NCBI GenBank assembly: GCA_028534125.1
Contig: CM052832.1
Location: 9,612,001-9,676,000 of the forward strand
Length of the DNA stretch: 64,000 nucleotides
Direction of reading: 5' to 3'
DNA from: Lama glama
Taxonomy: Eukaryota
The notes below the pieces were generated by a model. It was given only the letters and a program-made list of their open reading frames with translations. It did not search any database and was not told the origin of the DNA. This document shows, one piece after another, positions 25,101 through 36,960 of the stretch; positions within the stretch are counted from its first letter, which is position 1; each line of letters opens with the position of its first letter. Both the position numbers and the translations under genes were made by a program.

Positions 25101-28100
25101 CCTCTATCCATCTCTCTACCTGACATCACCACCTGGATATCTAATAAGCATCTCACACTCACCCTGTCTAAACCCCAACTCCTGGCTTCCCCCAGACATC
25201 TGCTCCACCCAACAGTCTTCCCTATCTTGGTTGAAGGCAACTCCAGGTTTCTTGTTGTTTAGGCAAAAAACCTTGCATTTATCTGTGATTCTTTCTCTCA
25301 CATCCACTCTATAGTTGGCTCTGCTCCAAAAATCATCTAGAATTTAACCCAATAACCTATCAGACCAAGTCTTTACTTCCACCACCATCTCTGCTTCTGC
25401 CCTTACCCTCTACAGTCTACCCTCAACCCACAACCTGCCGGATCCTGTCACCATCAGACCCTCACCTTCCTCTGCTCTGCATGTCCAGTGGCTCCCATCT
25501 CACTGAGAAAAAGCCCACATGTTAAATACACCTTTACAATCAGACTCCCCCAGGAGCTCTGTGACCTCACCCCCTGTTCCTCTCCCCCTTGTTCAGGCCA
25601 CTCTGGCCACCCTGATGATCTTGCTGCTCTTCAACACAATAGCTCCCACCCCGGAACATTGTTCCCTCTCTGAGCAATGCTCCACTGCCAGTTATGTGCA
25701 AGCCTTGTTCCCTTCAGGTCTTCACTCAAATGTCACCTTCTCAAACACCACACCCCCCAGGCCTAGACCTACTTCCCATCTCCTAATTTCTTATTTTTCC
25801 TGCGCTCCAGGAGCACAGGACATTGTGTCCAGTCTGTCTCCTGCTAACTCCCCAGGTACCTGGCACGTGCGTGACTCTGGCAGGTGTGCATTCAATATTT
25901 GTTGAATGAATGGATCCCTAGGGTACAGATTTGTTTCTCAAGCTAGAGATTATGTCACAATTGGATCATCGTGAGCCCATCATGCAAGTCCCTAACATAA
26001 GGCCAGAGACCTGAGGTAGGTCATGTGCAATGCCCAGGGTGACAGGCTGAGAGCAGCATGGGCTCCTTGGGGGGCAGGCGGAAGCAGGCAGAAGGCAGGA
26101 CCCACCGTGCTGATATGAAGAGGGAGGTTCTCCGTGTCTGTCTGCTCATCCTGCTCCGAGGAATCCGTCTCTTCCATTTGTTGCATCTCCAGCTCAGATG
26201 GAAGAAGAGCAGTCAGGTAGGGGATAGTGAAAGGTCTGGCAGCGATCACTGGAGGATTGGAAGAGAGGCATGATTCCGCCGTCACGGAGCCCTTGCAGCT
26301 GGCCGAGAGCCTCCGATCAGCGAGCACCACCGCAGGACAATAAAGGCTAATGTGCTCGGAGCACTTAACCACGGGCCAGGCTGCGTCCTACAGGCTTTAC
26401 ACGGTGTCTGTAATCCTCACCTCCACCCTATTAAGTAAGTACAATTATCAAACCCATTTTACAGACAGGGAACCTGAGACACGGAGAGGTTATGTGACAA
26501 CCTCAAACACACAGAAAGTGGCAGAGTGGGATCTGAACTTCGGCCATATGACCTCTATGCCCACTTTTACCAAGTACAACTAAAATCAGAGAGAGCTGGG
26601 GCCAAATCCTAGCAAAGCATCAGCCTAGTGATCTTATCCCCAAGGTCAGTTAACCCCTCAGCCTCATTTCTAAAGCAGGGATCTGGATCCCTTCGGCCAA
26701 TATCGGACTTGAGAACTCCACACGGAAGTGCACCTGCTGACCTAGAGGGCACTTCAGGTGAGTGAGCAATCCAATTATTCCAAAAAGCACTGAGGAGAAG
26801 AAGAAATCATTGATTTAAAAAGAAAAGAAAAGAAAGTCTCCATGTATACTTCCATGGTAGAATATCATTATCAGAAGACACTCTAAGATTATTTTTAACG
26901 TGGCTCAGATGTGGGGCCCTGCAGACAGAAAGAGCTAGGTTTGATGCTATCTGCTTGCTGCGTGACCTTGGAGAGGTTACTTCATTTCTCTTCTCTATAA
27001 TCCTCGGCTTCCTATAATGGTGATGGTAATGATTCCTAACTCAAGAGGCTCACCTGAGGACTTCATGCAGGAACGTGGAGGAAGTGATTCGCACAGGGCC
27101 TGGCACTTATGACTTAGCTGCTCTGGCTCTAGGCTGAGGTGCACAGTGAGTAGGCAACAGGGGCCTGCCAACTGAAGGAATCACCCAAACCCCTCTGCCT
27201 CATTCCCCCCTGGAAACACTGAGGCCTATGGAGATGAAGGAACTTGGTCACATGGCAAAATGGTAGGGTTGAGGTGAGAAATTAAATGAGCTGAGCCCTG
27301 TGAAAGGCCACTGTGAAGGACAAAGGCCAGAAGAGGTTCTGAAACTGCTCCCTGATGCCAGGGTCCCTTCTACCACCAGGGCTGCCGCCTCTGCTATGTG
27401 AGCCTCTCTGATGCCTAGTGTTCAGTCACCCTCGAGGGAACCTCTACTCCACGCACTTCAAGTGCCCAAACGCAACAGAGACCATTCCTATTTGGGAGTC
27501 ATTGGTGGGACAGGCCCCCTAAGCCCTGGGAAAAGGAGGCAGAAATCTGAAGAACGAGTTCCATCTGCGGTAAGGACAGAGCTTATCTGCTTCTTCCTAC
27601 CACGCTGAGAGACAGGGCAGATGGGGTGTGATCTCAAAGGACAAGATAGGGCCTGCCAAGGGGAGAGACTCACATGGAAATGTGCTGACGTCATCTTTGA
27701 AAAGACTCTGGGTCTCGCCTGTCTTGGCCATGAAACGGGTGAGTGCCCGCTCCACGTCTCGTCTCTGGGATGCAGCCTTCTCCCGCAGGACCTGGTAGTC
27801 CGACACAGGCTCGCGGTACGTCTGAAGAGAGAACAGCGGAGACATCAGCATGACATCTGCTCTCCTCAGGTCCCTGCCTCTCTGGTGCTATGTTCTCCCA
27901 CCCTTTAAATAACCCACTACTCACTACCGTCACTGACAGCAGACGTTCCCCAGGGCAGTGGAAGGGCAGAAAGAAAGCAATGTAATGATCATTAATATTT
28001 ACTCTTAACCTTAAAGATTAAGAAAGGTACAAATATTCATTACAGGGATTGATACCAGGCCTTCACTTAGCTCTGCTGACAGCTGGACTCAGGTGTCAGA

Positions 28101-31100
28101 GATGCACCCTGAAGGAAGAGTGGGAACCCCCAGGGAAGCCCTGATGGGGACACCGGGATCCCGCAGCACAACGTGGCGTCCTGCAGTGAGTGAGTGCGCG
28201 TGGGGACTTGCAGATTGTACCGTCTTGTTTTCTTCACCCAACCCTCACAAAACGGACACGTTGTCCCAAAAGATTCCCTCAAAGAAACAGACTGAACACA
28301 TTAATTTCAGTGCAAGTGAACAACAGAACAGCAGGCCTGACACCCGCCCCTACTCCTAACTTTGAGCTTTTGGGCAATCATGTTATGGCATGAAAAAATG
28401 ATGGGGATCTAATAAGAACAAATTAGCCAAAACATTTAAAATTATAAAGGTAAAGGTGAAACTTTAACAATGAAATCAGCCTTGCACTGCTCCAGACTCC
28501 TCTAAAGTAACTATTCTTCGTGACGTGGAGGTAGGGTTTTTAAAGGAGGTACCTGGAGACACTTGCACTGCTGTCCGAGTTAACTCAGTGTGTCACCTGT
28601 ACAGTTACACTTAGACACAGAAATAGGATTTTCTAGCATGTTTAAAATCTTCCCAGAATGAAGAATTTGACGGGATTTTTGAACACACTGGTTAAAAACA
28701 TTAAAATGCAAGATCTTACAATTATTTTAAGACAACTGTTTGACATTTTAAAAGTTGGAAATTTAATAGAAAAATTTTAACAAAATTCTTTAAATAATTG
28801 GTAAATGAGAATAAAAAAATTAGTTTCATGGTTTATTAAGGGCAGCCAAAAATGCCATCTATCTTTGTATATCTTTTTCAACTATGAGAGCTGTTAAAGT
28901 ATCAAAATAAACAGAACTTAGAATCAAACCAACCTAGAATTCCACCAAGTATTAAACCAAGATTTCAAAAAATCAAAAGCAGAGGCTCTCACATGGCTGC
29001 CACTAAAAAGGGGCAAACAAGTTTCCTGCACCTTTGATAAGGATCAGATTATCTTTTAATGTATGTTATTTTAGTACGGTGTTACATTATAACATTCATG
29101 TAAATAGACAAATACTGGAATATGTGCTAAGTTTTTACTGACACAGATATACTACAAGAGAGTTAGAAATAGTTGTGGATTGAATTGTGCCTCCCCCCCC
29201 AAATTGACACGTTTAAGTCCTAACCCCCAGTCGCTCAGTATATGATCTTATTTGGAAACACAGTCATTGCAAGATGCAATTGGTTAGGGGGCAGGGTATA
29301 GCTCAGGTGGTAGAGCGCATGCTTAGTATGCATGAGGTCCTGGGTTCAACCCCCAGTACCTCCTCCCCAGATAAATAAACCTAATTACCCCCTCCACCAA
29401 AATAAAGTAATTAAATAATACAATAATAAATAAGTAAGTAAAAAACATTGAGAAAAAAAGATGCAATCAGTTAACACGAGGTCACACTGGAGTAGGGGGT
29501 ACGAATCCCACATGACTGGTGCCCTTATAAGAAATGTCCACGTGAAGACAGAGATATAGAGGGGGTGCCAAGTGAAGACACAAGACTGGAGTGACACAGC
29601 GACAAGACAAGGACCGCCAAGGACTGTCTACAAAGCACCCACAGCTGGAAGGAGGTGGGGAAGGATTCTCCTAAAGGATTCAAAGGGGGCCTATGGACAA
29701 CTTGATTTTGGACTTCCAGCCTCTAGAATGATAAGACAATAAACTTCTGTTGTTCTAAGCCACCAAGTTTGTGGCACTTTGTTCCAGCAGCCCCAGGACA
29801 CTAATATAGAAACCACAGTCCAGGGCAATGGCTGTGCTGCACTGGTGGGTGACCATCTATTCCTCTCGCCCCCATATCCTGCGTTTGGGAGACAGCTTCT
29901 GAAGGACTTGCCCCAACACCCTGCATCACGGCCGTGTTTGCACCAGGACATGGTGCGGAGGTGGAGACAAAGGAAGCGAGTGGAAGCACCTCTGGGGACT
30001 CCTGTGCAAGCTGTGGGAAGGGACACTGCTCGATGCAAATAGGAACACGTTGAACCATGGAAGACAACTCAACTTGTCCCACACAGACCCAGAGCTCAGT
30101 TATGAGGGGCTTCACATCATATTACCAAGTACGTTTTAAATAATCTTTCCCTGATTTCAAAAATAACTCTTTCCTGTAGTGGAAAATTTGGAAAACCCAG
30201 AAAAGCACACTCAAAACAATGGTACTTATAATCCCACCAAGAATTACTACCAACATTTTGTGGAGCATGTCTTTTCTGTGCGTGGCTAGTACTTTTGTGT
30301 TTGGGTGGGACAGGCAAAATTGTGCCAGTTTCAGTTTGTTAACTATATATTTGCCAGCAAACTGGAGACCATAATTCTCCTCTTCAATGAGGAGAGACAT
30401 TCTGAGTTCTGAACTACCTTGTTGCCAACAAACTTCTGGACTTCAGCCTGCCAGTCAATAGAACTGACTCTGCTTTTGTACCAGTCACAGCCCCTAGCGG
30501 GGCCTTGTCACTCACCGGAGTTTTGATGTAGGTGTGGGGGTCGGGGAACTCGGGGAAATGGCTGGGGATGTGCGGTGGGTGGGGTCGGTTCTGTCCTGCA
30601 GTGAGGGCCTTGGGGGTCACTGGCTGATTGGTCACTGGAGCTGCAACAGAGTCACAACCAGTTACTCCTCCACCCCAGGCCTTGGGTCTCTACCCAAACC
30701 CTCCTTTTCTCAAAGTAAATGCTGGACCTCAATGTTCTATGCAAAAGGCACACTGCACTTCTATTGATAAAAGGTCTTTAATGGCTTGAGGCCCTGAAAA
30801 GGCCCTCCCAACCCCAATGATGCCCGGCCCTGCATAAGCTGGGGTGACAGTCCCATCCCCAATGATCTGCCTGCCTGCCTCTTAGGGAGGTGAGGGGTGG
30901 CTGTGACAAGTAAATTAAGCCGAAGAGCGTGCTGAGGAACCAGGGCAGTGAGGTGGGCTGCTGACTCTTTTCAAGAACCTGGGTAACAAAGACAAACCCT
31001 GAGCCAGGTAAGGTAGGTGTAGGCTAATGACAACACGAGGGAGCCGAAAGTGGCACCTTCCACTGCTATTCTGAGACGAGTTCTTAAAAAGATGCCAGCC

Positions 31101-34100
31101 TGAAAAGAGTGATGAAAACAAATCTAGTGAATTCTCCCCAGGTCCCACAAGCCCAAATGAGTGACCCCAACTCAGTTCATGGCACTCAGTTTGTCTCAGG
31201 CAGAGGTCATCAAACTTTGTGTGTAAAGGGACAGAAACTAAGTGTTTTAGGTTTTGCAAGCCATACAGTTTGTCACAACTACTCAACTCTGCCATTCCAG
31301 CATGTAGACAACCATAGATAATAAGTGAACATGACTGTGTACTGATAAATGTTTATTGACAGAAATGGGCGGTGGGCCACATCAGGCCCATGATCTCAGG
31401 AAGAACAAGAACTCTCACATTTTTGAGCCCTGACTGCTCTTCTGGGCTGAGACACAAGAACCACAGCAGCATCTCAGGGACGGCTTCTGGTGACGGAACC
31501 TCACATCCTAATTCGATTAGCCCGAGTAAAGAGTACACTGTAAGTAGCCCTAAATAACGGAAGGGAGTCTGCAACGAGGCAGTGGCTACACACCAATCCC
31601 CGCCCTATTCAATGATTTCATCCCACCAGCATTAACTGAGCACTTACTGAGTACCTCAGTTGAGAGTTACTTACGGGCAGTGATGACCATCCTCTGAGAC
31701 CGTTTTGCATAAGCAGGGAGAGTGTCCACATTGAAACCTGAGAAACAGGAAAACAAAAATCACTGCCCAGACCATAGGATATTGAACAAGGAAGGGGAAG
31801 TAATCCTGTGGCAAAGTAGCTTAAACAACCAACTCAGGAGTTTGGCTGCCACTCAAAAGAAGCTCCAGCAGAATCCCCCAACAGGGAGTTAGGTGGTCTC
31901 TCAAAGAGGTTCAGAGGAGCGCTCTTTTGATGACTCTCATAAGCTAAAGGGAAACCAGGAGACTCATGAGGGAATTCAAGAACACTCAGCAGATGTGGCT
32001 GACTCTCTCATACCTCCAACTCAGTTGCACCAAAGAAATGGAAACTGGAAGTGTACTCACCCATCTCGACAAGGGTGACCACAATATCTGACAGTGTGGG
32101 CTGGGTTCTGGCTGTGTGCTCACAGTAAGACTTGGCACTCCTCCCAATTTCTGAAATGTCTGGGAAGGGATCAAAGGCATTAAGTCTTATTCTCAGTTTC
32201 TGAACAGTTAAACGTAGAATTATTGCATGAGCCAGCAATTCCACTCCTACGTATATACTGGAGTGAATGGAAAAGGGGGACTCAAACAGATACCTGTTCA
32301 TCAGTGTTCATGGTAGCAATATTCACAACAGCCGAAAGGTGGAAACAACCCAGTGACCATCCACAGAGGAATGGGCACACAGAATGGGGTCTGTATATAC
32401 AATGGAATATTATTCGGCCTCCAAAGGGAATGACCTCTTGACACCTGCCATAATACAAATGAACTTTGAAAACATCATGCTAAGTGAAATAAGCCAGACA
32501 GACCGTCAAATATTTTAAGATTCCACTTTATGAGGTACCTAGAAAAAAGAGTATCACAGAGACAAAAAAATAGGTTAGCAGTTATCAGGGGCTGGGAGGA
32601 AGGAGGAATGGGGAGTTATTGTTTATGGATACAGAGTTTCTGCTTAGAATGATGCAAAAAGTACTGGAAATGAATAGTGTTGATGGCTGTACAACATTGT
32701 GAATATATTTAAGGCCACTGAATTATATACTCAAAAATGGTTAAAATGGTATAATGGAAAAGCATCTGAAAAAGAACAGTTTTATATATATATATATATC
32801 TGAATCACTTTGCTGTACACCTGAAACTAACACAACACTGTAAATCAACCATACTTCAATAAAAAATGGCTAAAATGGTAAATTTTATGTTATGTATATC
32901 TTGCCACCAAAAAAAAAAAAGGGGGTTGGGGGAGGTCTTATTCTCTGGCTGTCAAGTTTTTGTTTCTTCTACCCGAAGCTGAACCTCTTTTTAAGTCATG
33001 CTGAAGTCCTTCAGGGCAAATGGGAAGTATGAAGCTGGGCTCATACTCATGAATGGACTTCTGAGGTTGACGGGCAGTTCCATGAAAACTCTGAAACTCT
33101 GCTGAATTTTGCATACCAAATAAAGCCTTTTTCTGGGGACAAACTCACAGATTTCATCAGAGATAAAAGGAGATCCCAAAGGTAAGGACCCATGCGCTAG
33201 GGGCCTAATGGTGCAGAAGGAAAGAGCAAGGAGCACTTGATGGGAAGGCTGTCTAACTGAAGACCTAACACCAACTTGTCATGCTACCCTGAGCAGGTCA
33301 CTAACTGTCACTACTGTACTAGCCTCCATCCATGAAAACGGTGGGCAGCTTCTGTTTACCGGGGTGGGGGAGAGTCTAATTAAAATCCTGGTGAAAATAT
33401 TTTAGAAATATGCAGTTTGGGCAGTTTGGGCAGTTTCACCATTTGGACTTTTTCTTACATACCAGCAGGATCCTAGGATGTCAAAGGATACACACAGAAA
33501 ATGTAGAAAACAACATGAACTTTGCTCTGAACGCAAAGATACAGGTCCCTAGAAACAAGTTGATTGTAGTCAACAAGCCCAACAGTTCTGCCTGGTGCTT
33601 ATCACTTACACAAATCCTAATACTTTGATATTCAGAGCTATCGCCAGCATGGAGGCATCCAAGTGTCAGCAAGCCCTCAATGTAAGCCATCCATCCTTGG
33701 GATTCCTTTCGCTGAAGCAGCGGATTTTTATACTATTTTCAAACCATTTAGTTCTAATACTCTTGGCTTTCCAACACAACTATTCAGCTCCATCCCCTTC
33801 CGTGGAAACCATTTCTTCTGAGAGAAATAAAGGCCTCTTGTCCAGTGGTATAAGAAAGAACTACTTCAACTATTAGGACCTATAGACTCAGAATTACAAG
33901 ATCTTTGCAAAAACTGAATTCTCATCTGCTGGGAATTATTAGTCTATTCTTTCTGGACAAAAGTTCTCAAAGTGTGGTCTGGAAATCCCTGGACATCCCT
34001 GAAATCCTTTCCAGAATACACAGGTCAAAACCATTTTCATAATGAGACATCCTTTGACTTTTTCACTCTCATTGCCTCAAGTACTTTTCCAGAGGTTCTA

Positions 34101-36220
34101 TCACCTGTGACGCCATCATGGCTCTGATGGATAATGGGATGTGTGCTTGTGCATTCTTATGTTTTAAAATGTTTTCAGTTTTTTTTCCTAATGTGGCAAA
34201 AAAAATCTCTCTATATAAAGACAATGAATACTGAATTCCTTGGAGTCCTCAACATTTAAGAGTCTAAAGGGGTCCTGAAATCAAAAACTTTGAGATGGCT
34301 GCTTTAGGAAAACATTTGGTATTTAAAAGTTCAAAACATCAGCTGCAAGGAGTTACCCCACCCAAATCAAGCCCTTTCTGGGGCAGTCCACATCTAGTGA
34401 CTGATCAAGATTGGAGTACAAAGGAAGGACCTTTTGAGCCTGATGTGGGCTACTCCATGGGTGATAATCACACCAGAACTAATGCCCCACTGAGCTGGCC
34501 AATTCTTTGTTTGGCCTGCACTACAGTTCAACTTCTCTCTCTGCCTAAACCTTTCTCTTACTTCCATTCATAGGGTTGACTTCCCCTCCAAAACACCTTA
34601 AATACCCCTATTCCTCATCCCATCCTACCCACCCCCCCAAAAAAAGGCCCAAGCAGGGAGCTACACTGCACATGCAGAAAGGCCTATGTAAGACCATTAA
34701 GACCATTCCAGATTCCTAAACTCCAAAATATTTCCTTTTAAATGTTTTTTCCCAATTCTATAAAATTTATTCACCCTCACTCTTGTATCACATAATTTAG
34801 CATGATTATATCATGTGTGGCATTTATTTTATGGGAATTAATCCTGACTCTTCAACAAAACTGTAAGTTCTTTGAGCATTGAGAACAAACAGCAATAATA
34901 ACATCTACAAGTCATCAAGAGCTTAAACATCCCCAAGCTTTGACTGTTTTACGTATACACCTCACTTAACATTAACAACTCCACAAGGTGCAAATTATTA
35001 TCCTGTTTCAAAAATAAGCAAATTGAGGTTCAGGAGGTTTAGTGGTTTACCCAAGCTATTAAGTGGCAGAGTGGTGATGTACACTCAAGTCTATCTGATT
35101 CCAAAGCCTGTAAGTCACTTTACCATGTTCTCCTTTTTCTAAAATCCTCCCTAACATTATCACAATGCAGATACAGAATAGATGTTTGGTTGACTGGAAG
35201 AAGGCCGATTGTTTCCCGGTACTTACAGCTCTGCAGCATCTCTGTCAATGTTTCCACAGATGCTTTCTCAGCGCTCTCAAACCCTGCCTCTGTCAGCAAG
35301 GAGCTCACAACCACTTGCAGGGTTCGCCTCCGGGCCAGATGGTAGTTATCAGCAGGGTTAGTGGACTGCTTACTTCCTGATCTCTGTGAATCAGCAGCCC
35401 AGAAAGAGAACATTTTTATCCACATGACAGGGATGCAATCACATAGTTCAATACCGTCAGTGGCAAGCAAAGGTTCTTCTGCTAAATACTTCTCAGTGCT
35501 TAATAAGATGTGGTAGTCCCTGATACGGAGATTTACAGCTCTTGGCCAAATGAGCAATAATTGAGTACCCAAGGGGTTCTAAGTTCGGTGACAGACTTTC
35601 TGCCTACCTAAAACGTACAATTCCAGTAACGCAAAACGGCTGTTTTCTACTTTCTATTTCAGCAGATGATCAGAATATATAACTGAAGAAACATGCATGA
35701 TGGGATTGAATTCATATCTATTTCCCAGAAAAAAAAGTGATCTCTCTCGTTCCTCTCATCGCCACACCACTTCACTAACAAGGAAAATTAAAACAGCAAA
35801 CACCGCACGATGCAAAATACAGGGCAAATGATAACAGCACAGACAGTAGGAAAGCGAAGTATTTGGAAACGGGAATCCCCCCCCAACTTTAGCGGACCAA
35901 TAAGAAAGCGAAAACGGCATCATTGGACCAATCAGGAGGTGTTCCGGGTTCCCAACCCCCAACAGAGAACAGGCCAATCAATACACAGGTCCACCAACTC
36001 AGGAGGCCGCCGCCAAGTCTCGAGGAGGGGCGGCATGTACGGCCTGAAAGACCCTCCTCCACTCAGAGCTCATGGTGGGGCGGGATTTCTGGGTATGAGC
36101 TTGTTGCCCAGGCTAGGGGGAAGTTACAGAATGCCCAGACTTTTTCGGCTTCCGCCCCGCGCCTCCCACCCTTACCGTTCCGGAGCCGCCGGCCCCGGCA
36201 GTAGTCGCCGTGTCGGCCAT
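19151..36220 (-). CDS. TAF8: TAF8, TFIID subunit 8, 310 aa; complement(join(19151..19163,19459..19598,26106..26248,27674..27821,30516..30640,31675..31737,32061..32159,35227..35383,36176..36220))
   Basis: Exon lengths 45+157+99+63+125+148+143+140+13 = 933 nt, all GT-AG and in phase. Protein MADTATTAGAGGSGTRSGSKQSTNPADNYHLARRRTLQ...PYLRPVKKPKIRRKKSLS: histone fold, proline-rich region, C-terminal NLS. Confidence 0.97.
19459..19598 (-). CDS. TAF8: TAF8 exon 8 (DDSGAEKENT...KKPKIRRK)
   Basis: aag acceptor, gtgagt donor, 140 nt. Confidence 0.96.
20545..20559 (-). promoter_or_regulatory. CTCF consensus motif in TAF8 intron 7
   Basis: Minus strand reads TGCCACCAGGGGGCA. Confidence 0.6.
20622..20762 (+). 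mobile_element. Vic-1-like SINE with an internal 15-bp tandem duplication
   Basis: A and B boxes, aaacctaatta tail; TSD aaaagaggac(c/a)tgat at 20605-20619 and 20763-20777. Confidence 0.85.
21830..22617 (+). mobile_element. L2 3' portion
   Basis: ggcctttgcactggctgttccc; tail aaataaatccttgttgagtaaatgaatg. Confidence 0.7.
22848..22973 (+). mobile_element. Vic-1-like SINE
   Basis: A and B boxes; perfect 16-bp TSD TAAAATACCAGTTACT at 22832-22847 and 22974-22989. Confidence 0.9.
24230..25915 (+). mobile_element. Long L2 remnant with a MER3/MER33-like insert (about 24570-24660)
   Basis: L2 motifs (cacctggatatctaataagcatctca; cattcaatatttgttgaatgaatg); hAT-type end attagccacatgcggcc...gtggacaacaca. 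Confidence 0.65.
26106..26248 (-). CDS. TAF8: TAF8 exon 7 (LIAARPFTIP...LHIST)
   Basis: cag acceptor, gtgggt donor, 143 nt. Confidence 0.96.
26345..27110. mobile_element. MIR elements: 26345-26570 (-) and about 26915-27110 (+)
   Basis: cccattttacagacagggaacctgag; gtgaccttggagaggttacttc. Confidence 0.6.
27674..27821 (-). CDS. TAF8: TAF8 exon 6 (TYREPVSDYQ...DVSTFP)
   Basis: cag acceptor, gtgagt donor, 148 nt. Confidence 0.97.
29172..29808 (+). mobile_element. MLT1 (ERVL-MaLR) solo LTR interrupted by a SINE
   Basis: tgtggattgaattgtg start; ttggacttccagcctctagaa...aataaacttctgttgttctaagccacc...ctaata end. Confidence 0.8.
29287..29457 (+). mobile_element. Vic-1-like SINE nested in MLT1
   Basis: A and B boxes; TSD AAGATGCAAT(TG/CA)GTTA at 29271-29286 and 29458-29473. 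Confidence 0.88.
30516..30640 (-). CDS. TAF8: TAF8 exon 5 (PVTNQPVTPK...HTYIKTP)
   Basis: cag acceptor, gtgagt donor, 125 nt. Confidence 0.97.
31201..31392. mobile_element. MER58A-like hAT-Charlie element
   Basis: cagaggtcatcaaacttt...tgtcacaactactcaactctgcc. Confidence 0.7.
31675..31737 (-). CDS. TAF8: TAF8 exon 4 (GFNVDTLPAYAKRSQRMVITAP)
   Basis: cag acceptor, gtaagt donor, 63 nt; absent from the ORF track and read by hand. Confidence 0.96.
32061..32159 (-). CDS. TAF8: TAF8 exon 3 (YISEIGRSAK...LVEMG)
   Basis: cag acceptor, gtgagt donor, 99 nt. Confidence 0.97.
32195..32934 (+). mobile_element. L1MA/MB 3' end carrying a younger nested L1 tail (32752-32861)
   Basis: Outer TSD GTCTTATTCTC at 32184-32194 and 32935-32945; inner TSD aaaaatgg(t/c)taaaatggta at 32733-32751 and 32862-32880. 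Confidence 0.82.
33958..34300. mobile_element. Charlie1-like hAT transposon, internally deleted
   Basis: Ends ttctcaaagtgtggtc... and ...aaaggggtcctgaaatcaaaaactttgagatggctg. Confidence 0.65.
34890..35112 (-). mobile_element. MIR
   Basis: aaattgaggttcaggaggtttagtggtttacccaag...ctatctgattccaaagcc. Confidence 0.65.
35227..35383 (-). CDS. TAF8: TAF8 exon 2 (RSGSKQSTNP...EMLQS)
   Basis: cag acceptor, gtaagt donor, 157 nt. Confidence 0.97.
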
Positions 36221-36960
36221 CTTGCTCTGGCGTAATGTGCGCGCGCGCAGGGCAGGATGGGACTTGTAGTCACGGGGCGGGGCGGGGCGGCGAGGGGGCG
36301 GGGCGGCACGCGCCCCTCTGGGCTTTCGGTGGCCCAGCCGGGTGGGGGATGCGTCTGGTGACCCCCGCTCACGTGACCTTTTGTGAGCGATGGGTTCAGT
36401 GAGCCCCGGAAGTGGTCAGGAAAGTGAGCCCTCGGTTTCACGCCTATTTTAGAGTGAAATCGTTTTTCATAAAAAGCGCATCCCTGGAACGCTCCAAACT
36501 TGCCTGACTGTTAGCAACACCTGGCTGCGTACCCCCCGGTCCCCGTGGTTTACTCTCTGGAAGAAGGGTCTGGGAGTCTGTATTCTTAAACCAGGTGTTC
36601 CTCCTGAGCGGGAAATTCGGGGAAACCTTGCTTTGTGCTGGCGGCCCCGCAGCCCGCCAATGGCCCACTTGGAACTAGAGCCTAACAGCCACGTAGTCCA
36701 GGTGTTCCACTGCATCCTGCTGCCTTCTCGCCCTCAATTAATCCGCAGGAATTTGCGAGGCGAGCCGGGAGGCGCCGGCGGCAGGAGGCTGTCCCTAGCC
36801 CTCCTCACTCCAGGACGTTGCGTCCACGCAGTGCCTGTGGTGTTCTGTAGTTCAGTCGCGGGTCATCTCCTGTGGATGGGGGTCCTTCGCGCACCGCGCC
36901 TCATTTGTCTCCGTTTGTGGGTGCTTGGTAGAACGCAGAGGCTAGATTCGAATCCCAGCA
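35780..36960. promoter_or_regulatory. CpG-island promoter of TAF8 with bidirectional-promoter motifs
   Basis: High CpG density. YY1-like AAGATGGC over the ATG; NRF1-like TGCGCGCGCGCA 36238-36249; ZNF143/THAP11 ACTACAAGTCCCA 36258-36270 (-); GC boxes 36274-36304; E-box TCACGTGAC 36369-36377; ETS CCGGAAGT 36406-36413. Confidence 0.85.
36176..36220 (-). CDS. TAF8: TAF8 coding exon 1 (MADTATTAGAGGSGT)
   Basis: ATG at 36220-36218 in context AAGATGG; donor GTAAG at 36175. Confidence 0.95.

Noticed and set aside
33412..33436. GCAGTTTGG x2.8, and the 13-bp duplication at about 39802-39829
   Set aside because: Short slippage duplications with no further structure; not CRISPR-like arrays.
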